Shown: positions 42,601-54,400 of the stretch, piece after piece | Numbering within the stretch: position 1 is the stretch's first letter | Layout of the letters: each line of letters starts with the position of its first letter | NCBI GenBank assembly: GCA_036850965.1 | Contig: JAZGQO010000011.1 | Location: 61,751,281-61,815,280, forward strand | Direction: 5' to 3' | Length of the DNA stretch: 64,000 nucleotides | Source of the DNA: Patella caerulea | Taxonomy: Eukaryota | The notes under the pieces: generated by a model | Seen by the model: only the letters and a program-made list of their open reading frames with translations | Told to the model about the DNA's origin: nothing | Database searches by the model: none | Program-made: the position numbers and the translations under genes

Positions 42601-45600
42601 CTCCAGTTTTCTCTCACTGCTAAAGACCCCTACACACAAGTAAATTATTGATATAAAATTGAACTGTATGTTACTCCAGAAAACATGTTCTGAATACAAA
42701 TCAGACTGGTTGACAGTTGGAATTAAATGCAAAGTATAGGGTGATGTCTCAGAAAAATGCTCTTTTAGCATAGCTTTTCTGTCTAGTCATTCGGATGGGA
42801 TGAAAACCCAGGTCCCATGTATACATTGGCTTGCAGGTAAAAGATGCCTTGCCAGCTGGAATTTGATATAAGAGTAAGCCATAGTGCTGCTGATCTGGCA
42901 AAATTTACCTCATAGCACAGTGTATGGTAATGCACGTCTTCATTAGCCCAGTCAGAGCAGAACAGTAGGACCTTAAACCTCATTTTATTTCTCTTAGCAT
43001 TACAAAGTATAAGTCAACATTATCATATTTTAGTCTCCATATGACTGGGTATAGTTCTGACGAGATTCGGTTTGTATATCTATAAATATTGATGAGATAA
43101 AAGGTGGAAATCATGAATTTCATTCAGTTTGTAAATGTGAAAGTTTTTTAAATGTCGTTTTTTTAAATAGGGTTGACGCTGATGTGATATTACATCACCA
43201 TACAGCTGCTGTGACAGGTTGTTCTTTTAATACAGCCGGAACAATGTTTGCTACTTCCAGTCGAGATGGAGTAAGTTTTGCATAGATATTTTTTTATTCA
43301 CCTCCCCTGGAAAAAAAATATAAATATATTGTAAATTAGTTGCGTATGATATAAAAGTATATTGCAATTGTAATTTAGCTGTGTATGATATATCAGTATA
43401 TTGTAATTTAGCTGTGTTTGATATATTAGTATATTGTAATTTAGCTGTGTATGATATTTTAGTATATTGTAATTTAGCTGTTTATGGATATGATTTATTA
43501 ATGTATTGTAATTTAGCTGTGTATGATATATTAATATATTGTAATTTAGCTGCCTGTAATGTTTTAATATTAAGCTACAATGTATAACAGTGTATATATG
43601 TATAACATTTTAATATAGTGATATATAATATTTTATTAATATGGTGATAATATAATATTTTAATATAATATTTGTATTTTCAGTCTGTAATGATCTGGGA
43701 TATAAAGATTGTATTATTAAACCCGGAGGCGCCACCTATCCAGTATCTTAATTCCTGCCATTCTGATTGGATCAACAGCTGTGTATGGTCAAACATCGGG
43801 GATCATTTGGTAAGAAGCATTATATCTTTACACCTGTTATTAAAAATATGAGACTGGTTAATGGAGACATGCAGCAGAAAATCTAAACATAACTGTGCTT
43901 AAATTTCAATTGTGTATTCAAAGCCTGGGTTCTCAAATTTGGGATCGGAACATACTTTGGAGGGGTCGTCCAAAGGCCATAGGGTCACATGGGCGCAACT
44001 GATTTTGAGTTTGTACAAATTCTTTTTCTGAAATGCTCGTAAAAGGCATAGATAAACTAGTGGTATCTGATTGTGAAATATTTTGATTCTATAGGTGACA
44101 GCATCAAATGATTTTAATCTAAAGATTTGGGACGTGAAGCTCGACAACCCTGATGAACAGACGAGTGAGAAACAGAGATTAACAGGTCACATGTCAGCCA
44201 TTAATTGTCTCTCATACCAGGTATATATATATTTTGATAACTTTAATAACCAGGGGTGGGGGATTGGGATGGCCTAGTGGTCTAGAGTGCCGCGCTTCGA
44301 CCTCTAGCTGGCCGGTCACCTCTGGCTTGCGGCTGTGGTTTCGAGCTCTGGTGTGAGCATATGCGGCATGGAGATAGGGGCGCCTTCTCAACCTCGTTGG
44401 TTTCCTCCGGGCACTCCGGTTTCCTCCCACTGCTAAAGACCCCTACGCGCAAGCGAATTATTGAAATAAAGTTAAACCATATGTTAGTCCCGAAATGACC
44501 TAGTTTGTGTTGAGTGGACGTTAAACCCCATTTCTCTCTCTCTCATATCCAGGGGCAAATTGTGTTATAGTGTTATCATCGGTTTTTGGGGTTTATATTG
44601 TAACCCATGGGTGAAAGCAAAAAACAACCATTCTCCATTGATTCTGTATCTTTATTACCAAAAAAGGCAGAAGAACTACAATATAAGGGAGACAACTTGT
44701 ATCCACTTTTATATAAGGTTTCAGACCACCATGTTATTCAATAAACCATGACACATGATTAAAATCTTTAATTGTATATAGGGGGTTGGATGGTTGAATG
44801 GTTAGCAATTACATGCTGTATCATAAAGCCTGACTTTGAGTCAACAGTGGTTTCAAACCCAGGTTATACGGAACAAGGAGTAGGGTCGTCTGTCCACCCA
44901 CATGGTTTTCTCTGGTCCGCGTGGTTTCCTGCCACTGCTAAAGACCTCTACGGGCAAGCAAATTATTGAAATAGAATTAAACCATATGTTAGTCCCGAAA
45001 TGACCTAGTTTGTGTCGCCTGGACGTACCAACCACCCCATCTCTCTCTCACTGCTAGATACAAATTAAACATCTCTGTTTTCATGTGAGAGTGTACGGAA
45101 ATATATTCACCATTCGTTTTGTCAGGTGGTCACAACAAACAGATGTTTATTGAATAAATAGTGAAATGAACATATTGTGGTATCGTATCTGGAGATGGAG
45201 GTCAGTGCCGGATTAAGGCACGAAGGCACATTTTGATAGGTGGCCTGAAAATACAGATATGTCAGTGGAATTCAACCCAATATGACACTACAGGCCATTT
45301 TTTTTCTTTTACTTTATTATTTTGTAGCCTGGATTTCTGGCTGGCCCTGAGGCACGTTCCTTATTTGCCTTATGGTTAATCCAGCACTGGTGGAGGTGGG
45401 TGTAATAAAATAACATAAAACATTTCTACATATTTCAGTATGGTTGTATCGTATCTGGCTGTAGTGATGGCTCAGTAAAAGTTTGGTCCCACAAAGGTAC
45501 AGAGATAACAACACTACACGGCCATACTCAGCGTGTAAATGGATGCTCCATGTATGTTAAAACTACAGAAGAGGGTAAGTTTACTTATTTATATATTTGT

Positions 45601-48399
45601 ACTGTAACTAAAATGTTGTGATATGGCTTTGTCTTTATATTATATGACTTGATATGTACATAAAAAATACACCATTCCTAAACTGGATAATCTAGACTTT
45701 GTTTATTATCGTAGTGATATTTGACAATCAAGACTATAAAGTCAAATTTAAACATTCATATTTTATCACTCATTATCTATTTATGAACAACCAGTTCTAA
45801 TACATAAAGCATCTTTAATTTTTAATTTTAAACTATCATAGTGAGAATGGTGTAATTCTTAACATAATGCATCTTTAAGGAGAGAGAGAGAAATGGGGTT
45901 TAATGTCCACTCGACACAAACTAGGTCATTTCGTGACTAACATATGGTTTTTGATTTTATTTCAATAATTCACTTTGCGCGTAGGGGTCTTTAGCAGTGG
46001 GAGGAAACCGGAGTACCAGGAAAACCGAACAAGGTTGGACAAGCGACCCCACTCCTTGCCACGTACAGCCGGGGATTCGAAACCATGCCAGTTGACTCAA
46101 TGGCAGGCCGTATGATATAGCGCATGCTAACCATTCGGCCACCCAACCTCTCATCTTTAAGGATATTCTTAGCTGAACCTCTTGTATGACAATTTGATTG
46201 ATTATTTTAGAAGTTACTCAAGAAGAAAATAAGGAAGAAGAAGATGGTGCACCTGATTGGTCCGATTGGTCAGCAGATCCTGAACCCCCAAAGAAAAATA
46301 GTAAAAAACCTGCAAGTAAATTATCTGATGTGGTTGTAGCCACTTGTAGTGATGATGGTACAATACGAATATGGAGACCATTACAGGTAGAGTTATCTTC
46401 TCTTTATATGCTAATTATCAGTTTAAAGGTCATTTGATACAATCTTTATTGTGGGTAAGGCTAGAGCTGGGTGCTATATTTGGAAACAGATATCGCAATA
46501 TTTTATAAAAATCTGAATACTTTCAGTTTATCACCTTTTAAATGTAAATAAACATGCATAAAAAGTTGGAAATACCCCTCAGTATTGACTTGACACTTTC
46601 TAGTCAATATTATTTCGACTCAATATTATTTTTAGCATGAATACAGTACCGAATATACAAAAAAATTTTAATGAGCTGGTTCAAACATAGATCTATAGAG
46701 CCACAAAGACATGTGAAAGTAATTGTTTATGTTAAATATCATCCAGAAAAATCAAAACTGCGATGTATGTTAGGTTTTTCGATATTTTTCTGAAGACAGT
46801 ATTTTGAGCGATTTTTATTTCTTTGATAGTTTTATACAGAAATACGGAAATATTGCCCAGGTCTAGTAGAGGCTATCCTATTTGTTAAACAATTTCAAAT
46901 AAATTCAAATTTCAACAAATCATGTAAATCTAATACTGATCTAGTTTAATCCCATTTCTGCCAACATTCGAAACAAATCAACATAAAAAAAATAAACCGA
47001 TGAGGTCAACAGTTGTGTTTTTGACCCAAGTCTAAGTTCAGTCAAATCAAAAAATTTGATCTGTTTTATAGGCCCTTGAGTTGGCATCTCTGACAGGTCA
47101 TTCAGATAGGGTAATCTCGGTGGCAGCAGATAGAACAGGAAATGTATGTACATCATCACTAGATAAATCGGTTCGACTCTGGTCACCCAAATTGAGTACG
47201 GACATTCCAGTCGGACGCCATGACAGTGACATCACCTTTACAGTAGCATCAAATGATAAGAAAACGGTTCTGACAGGTAGTAGGTAAGTTGCACTTCGAT
47301 ACAAGCCTCGGCAGTTGCGCCGCTGTCCTGGCAAAATTTTCCTGATAGCACATTGTATGGTGTGAGTCCATCTTCATTAGCCCAGCTGGAGCAAAACAGA
47401 AAGGGGATGCTCGATTCACAGTCCAGAACATCCCTAATTGACAGAATTGCAATCGAGTGACGCAGAATTTAGTCCTGTCACAGTTCTGTCAGTCCCGACG
47501 ACAGAGGTGGTGTGAGTAGAATCGTGACGTAATTAAACACACCGAATATGGTTCAGCTGCATGGTTGGTTAAGATGTTTACTTCTCCAGTCGACGCATGT
47601 GTTGAAGCCCGAATACCCCTTTCCAATCGATTGTCACCATTTTTGGGATTGAGAGAATTCAATTCCGGAACGTTGAATCGAGTGTGCCCTAGGTCTTTAA
47701 ACCCTATTTCATTTCATTTTCATGTCTTTAAAAAACGGGGGGTTGGGATGGCCTAGTGGTCTAGAGTGCCGCGCTTCGACCTCTAGCTGGCCGGTCACCT
47801 CTGGCTTGCGGCTGTGGTTTCGAGCCCTGGTGTGAGCGTATGTGGCATGGAGATAGGGGCGCCTTCTCAATCTTGTGGGTTTCCTCCGGGCACTCCGGTT
47901 TCCCCCCCACTGCTAAAGACCCCTACGCGCAAGCGATTTATTGAAATAAAATTAAACCATATGTTAGTCCCGAAATGACCTAGTTTGTGTTGAGTGGACG
48001 TTAAACCCCATTTCTCTCTCTCTCTCTTTAAAAAACAAATGTTAAAGGTGTAAAATATGATGGGACATTGTGCACATGTAAAACCAATACTTGGTGAATA
48101 ATGACCATGACTCTAAAGGTACGATTCTTTTAACATGTCCCTGTATTAAAGATGATGTGAGGGGTTGGATGGCTGAATGGTTAGCATGCATGCACTGTAT
48201 CATACGGCCTGCCATTGAGTCAACTGACGCAGTTTCGAATCCCCTGTTGTACGTGGCAAGGAGTAGGGTCGCCTGTCCAACCTCGTGGGTTTTCTCTGAG
48301 TCCTCCGGTTTCCTCCCACTGCTAAAGACCCTTACGCCCAAGTGAATTATTGAAATAAAACTAAATCATATGTTAGCCCCGTCGATTGGACGGTAAAGC

Positions 48400-48431
<32 letters not shown>

Positions 48432-51400
48432 AAAAATGATGTTTTTGTTATTACAGAGATGGCTGCGTTAAAATATGGAGAAGTGATGATTACGATGAGA
48501 TGAAATGTTTTTACAGTTTTCAGGTATAATATATAGGTTATGGCAAGGTCATGGGTGTGTGTTGGGAAAGGGTGCAGAATCAGACCTGTATTTAATGGTG
48601 AGGGAGGGGTTGGACAACCAATATACGGCCATGGTATCAAGTTGGCACCCTCATGAGACCAAATAAGGTTCACAAATACTAATAAAATCAGTAACAATCA
48701 TAATATACTGAGCACCATAGAAAACGCATCACTTAGTTTTTCGTTTAATAAAATGATCCTGTAAATATATCTTACTTATTTTGCTTCTTATTGTGAACAA
48801 TATTCAAATGGGAACACATGAATAACAACACATTTGTACACTTATGGATGCTTAGTCTGTAATCAACGGTACAAATTCAGAGGGGTCAAAACCAAAAGTA
48901 TGATACAGATGGTTAATTCTATGAGAGGTCGCTGCACAGCGTGCGTAAGAGCCTGTTGAGGACACACACGCTACTGATGTCGATTACTTTGAATGACAGA
49001 AGGGAGCTATAACTCTCATATATTAGAGTGAGCTCCCCTTCATTATATGGTGTCTGTAAAATGTTTTCCTTTTTAGGCAGCTCTGCCAGTACCAGTGTTA
49101 TTCTGAGTCATTTATTAAGCAATTATAAAGAATTATATATATAGTATATGGACGGATAATTTTAACATTATAAATTATTAGATAAATTATTGTAATTGTA
49201 GGCGGACGAGACGAGTGTAAATGCAGCCTGTTTCATCAATAAAGTGGGTAATAAATTTGTCACCACAGCCAACAGTAATAACATAAAAGTATGGGATATA
49301 ACAGAAAAAGATGGAGTCACACTAGTGTCGTAAGTTCATCTTTACAACCACATATAAGTTATAGTTATATAATATAAATTTCTGTTGATGTCGTATTTGT
49401 CCTAGCTGATATTAGAGACCTTTTGCATCTGTACGCAAACTAACACTGTCATCGATTCATATGTACTTATTCTGACATAACACCCGCCTTATTCTAACAT
49501 AACACCCACCTTATTCTGAGATAACACCCACCTTATTGTAACATAACACCCACCTTATTCTGACATAACACCCACCTTATTCTGACATAACACCCGCCTT
49601 ATTCTAACATAACACCCACCTTGTTTTGACATAACACCCACCTTATTCTGACATAACACCCACCCATACTGACATAACACCCACCTTTTTCTGACATGAC
49701 TCCTGCCTTTTTCTGACATGACACCCACCTTATTGTGACATGACACCCACCTTTATCTGACATAACACCCACCTTATTTTGACATAACACCCACCTTACT
49801 ATGACATCCACCTTATTCTGAAATAACACCCACTTTATTTTGACGTAACACCCACCTTATTCTGACATAACACATGCCTTATTCTGACATAACACCTGCC
49901 TTATTCTGACATAACAACCAACCATAACACATGCCTTATTCTGACTGGACTACCACCATTTATTACAGATTAAACTGTGCGTCAGTGTTTTATCAGATTA
50001 GAAACTGGGTTATACGTGACAAGGATTAGGGTCGCCTATCCAATCTCATGGGTTTTCTCCAGGTCCTCCAGTTTCCTCCCAGTGCTAAAGACCCCTACGA
50101 ACAAACAAATTATTGAAATAAAATTAAACCATATGTCAGTCCTAAAATGACCTAGTTTGCGCCGAGTGAACGTTAAACCCCATTTCTCTCTCTCTCTCTT
50201 TTATCAAATTAAACCATGTATTAAAGTTATGAAACCGTGTATTTACGTTTTTTTCAGATTAAACCATACATTTGAGAGTGAAACTTTGATACTGTCCGTG
50301 ACTTGGGGTCAACATCAACCAGAGCTATTGCGATCCGTTTTCTGGACATTAGATTGGAAAGGATCTTTATGTGGCTGGAATCTTAACACCAAGAAATGTC
50401 AGTATAAAAAGTAAGTATCAAGGTTTTTGACCTGTTTGTTGATATTGAAAACTGCATCAATGCCCAATGAAATAACAGTGGGGTTGGATGGCAGAATGGT
50501 TAGCATGTGAGCACTGGATCATAAAGCCTGTCATTGAGTCAGCTTGCATGGTTTCGAATTGCCAGGAGTAGGGTTGCCTGTCCAACCTTGTGGGTTTTCT
50601 CTGTGTCCTTCCACTGCTAAAGACCCCTATGGGCAAGCAAATTATTGAAATAAAATTAAAACCATATGTTAGTCCCAAAATGACCGAGTTTGTGGTGAGT
50701 GGACATTGAACCCCATTTCTCTCCATCTCCAATGAAATAAATTAATATCATTACACATACAGCCATAGAAATAAAAATTACCATATGTTTAAACTGTAAT
50801 GACTAAGGCCAATTTTCCTTGGGTGGGGGACGCTATATAATTTTTGCCTGAGAAATACAGCGCTAGTGTCCGAAAACTGAACCTACATAACTTAACCAGA
50901 TAGTGTCCAGTCACAAATTCATAAATAACTGTAGTAAAATCTCTCATTGACGGGAAGGGGGGAGGGTCCGAACCGTCTAATGCATGCACTTTAGAACATA
51001 AGGACTGTTAGTACATAAGTGACATTATTTCAAGCCCAAGTTTGTATAGGTAACAATTAGTAGGGATGTCTGCCATTTTAATCCCATTGCTAAAGAACCC
51101 TATGACGAAGCGAATTATTGTAATAAAACTGAATTATATGTCAGTCCTGAAATGTTTGATAGTGTTACTGGTAAACCTCATCTCTCTCTCTCTCTCTTCG
51201 GAACACCTTAATTGCTTCCTCCCACTGCTACAAATCACTACACACAATCAAATTTGTGAAATGGAACTGAATCATATGTCAGTCTCAAAATGATTGAGTT
51301 GGTATCGAGTGAACCCCACCCTCTCTCTCTCTCGCGCTCTCTCTCTCTTGTCCCCAATTGCTGACAGGTTTATTTGATATTGCAGACAACTGGATGAAGA

Positions 51401-54400
51401 CGTTCAACCATTGGATATGCTTTATAAAGTCAAGTTTGCTGGCAACTCTGCAGATATCTTGGTTACAACAACAAATAAACTATTTGGATTTATACATTAT
51501 GAAGAATTAGTTGCAACAGAATACGACCTACAAGTAAGAATCTTAACAAACTTAATGATCTCCATTGTTGTATGGTGTCAAGGTGCCTTAGTGTATAAAG
51601 CATTGTCTTTCTGATCAAGAGTTCCTGAGTTTGATCCTGGGGTTTCCCCTGGCATAATGTCATGTACTACTTTACTAAACCTACTTATTCATATTATTAT
51701 TAAGGAATAGTGGTCTGAAGCCTTCTTGAGCTCTTTTGTGTTAATTGAGTTATTTCCCTTTATTAATAAAAGGCTTTGATCCTGGATGGAATTCTGGGAT
51801 GGAGTAAAATGAAAGATGGCTGTTTTTAATTAGCCCTTCGCTGATTGTCATAAACAATCCAGGCCATCTTGTGGCCTATAGACCTACACCCCAATACCAC
51901 AATAATTGTCTGTGGTACAGGAAAGAACATTGTCAATTTGTTTGGATCGGATGAATAACTAAGTTCCCATATACAGGTACATGTAAACTCTCAGTGTTTG
52001 CTGAAAAGTTCATCATGATTTTTTAGCGTGGTTTCCCCAGTTGAAATTCAATATAAGAGTAGGTTGTATATACCCGTCTTCATTAGCCCAGTCAGAGCAG
52101 AACAGTAGGATGTTAAGCCCCATTTCTTTTTTTAATTTGGAGGGGGGGGGGAGAAGTCGGTATGAGGAAAAACATAGTCTTGATTATCCTTTTCATGATT
52201 AAATCATGAATGAAAGTTGAGCAGGAAATATTGCAGGCTAGAGATATCGACAGTTGATGGTCTGGATAAGTTGATAAATGTCTAATTAATGATTTAGATA
52301 ATATTTCAGACGTAAAGAAAGACCTACAATAGGGAGATTAAGCTCTTGCATAATGTATGTTTAATTTTAATTCTAGTTTTTCCTAGGCTCAGTCGGATCA
52401 GAAGAGTAGGCACACAAACTCCCATTATATTTCATTTTATTTCTTTCTAGGCTGTTGATTTGGGTTACAAGTTGGTACTAGATGGAGATGAAGATGAAGA
52501 TGAAGATTCGGATGAAGAAGATACACCGGTTGTTAAACGTGAGAGAATCTGGATCCTAGATGTAGCACAAGACACCCATCACTGTTACTATGGTGATTCC
52601 AAGGGGCAGTTAACTCTGTACAAATCTGAGGCGAATACTGTATTCACTATGAAGGTAGGTTCATTCAATGAGATAAATAAGTCTTCATATTTTGATATTA
52701 AACTATCCATAGTCATGAACAATAGTAGAGCCAACTATATGCACCAATATAAAGAATACTTAATTTAGAAGTGCTGAAACCATAGATACTATTTGGTGGT
52801 AAGCATTACCCAATGTATCAGTCCTGAAACTATAGCTCTTATATTGTGACATTTTTTTGGATTATTTCTTCAACATTAATAATAAAATTAGATATAAATC
52901 CTTGGGGGAATACATGTTTTTCCTGCATATCAAAGATAATGGCTTCCAGCTGTGACTGACTTATTCCAATATTGATACAACTTAAAATACAGACAGTATC
53001 CCACATGTAACTTAAAATACAGACAGTATCCCACATGTACTTTTCATGCGAGTCCACTATTTAATCTAGTATAGTTAATGTGCGATTGGCAGTTGCTCGT
53101 ACATTATTGGAAATACTGGTATGCCAACATCAAAGGATGACGTCACATTTGTATTTTAAATTTTAATATTAAATGTTTTAATAATGAAAGCTCTTTTTAA
53201 AGCATTTCTGGAATTTTCTGTCTGGTGTGTTTTGATTGGTATGTTAACCTGAAATCAACTAATCACAATCTGTCACAAGTATCGCCATATTTTGGTGGGG
53301 CTGGATGGCCTAGTGGTCTAGAGTGCCGCGCTTCGACCTCTAGCTGGCCGGTCACCTCTCGCTTGTGGCTGTGGTTTCGAGCCCTGAAGTGAGCATGTGT
53401 GGCATGGAGATGAGGGCACCTTCTCAACCTCGTTGGGTTTCCTCCCGGCACTCCGGTTTCCTCCCACTGCTAAAGACCCCTACGCGCAAGCGAATTATTG
53501 AAATAAAATGAAACCATATGTTAATCCCAAAATGACCTAGTTTGTGTCGAGTGGACGTTAAACCCCATTTCTCTCTTTCTCTCGACATATTTTGACTATG
53601 GTCATTATCTATTTTCAGGTCCACAGTGCTGCTATCAACTGTGTTGTTAGAACTCCTAACTATTTATTTACTGGTTCAGCTGATTGTACTATTAAAGTTT
53701 GGGATTTAAAAGCCATACAGAATTGGGAATTGGATAACGCTCAGGTAAGATTGGTAGAGACTTGCTAATCTCAATCTATTGCCCTCAATAATAGAATGGA
53801 ATAGAGTTGGGTTTCATGCCTCGTCAATGCATTACTGTGGTAATTTTGAGACTGACATATATAATATATATTTCTGTGGTTGTGGGGGGCATTGCAAAGT
53901 ATGCCCTGAAAATGAACAGTTCACCTAATCTTCGACGAATTTCCAGCTTTCAATGGCTCATTTGAAGGCACACAATTCTACACATGTCTGGGCAAAATTT
54001 CCCTCGTAGCACACTGTATGACATATGCCCGTCTCAGGGGCGGATCCAGAAGGGGGGGGGTCAAATCCCCCACCCCCCTACTCAGCTACATAAAAAAAAA
54101 TAATGCCTTGCATCAATGAAATTACATCACAAAGTGATCCTACATCAGTATAGAAATGATTTCTCTGTTTAAAAAGCTCAATTTGTATGTATGCCTATGT
54201 AATTTAGTGACGATGATGGCAGATTTCCGTAACAGAAACCTTGCAAACCCTCTCCTGCAAAAATTCCTGGATCTGCCCCTGCGTCTTCATTAGCCCAGTT
54301 GGAGCAGAACAGTAGGACGTTAAACCCTATTTCATTTCATACATTTGTATTTTCAGGTTGGACAGTTTTTCTGTATCTCTCCTGTATTAACGTTAACAGA

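Noticed and set aside
47277-47278. Alternative donor for TEP1 exon 46 at CAG|GTAGTA
   Set aside because: Using it puts an in-frame TGA in exon 47. The donor at 47284 (AG|GTAAGT) keeps the frame open and yields a WD40-like peptide.
49485-49930. CRISPR-like appearance of the regularly spaced 22-bp repeats
   Set aside because: The units are directly adjacent with no unique spacers, degenerate in a minisatellite fashion, and intronic in a eukaryotic gene.
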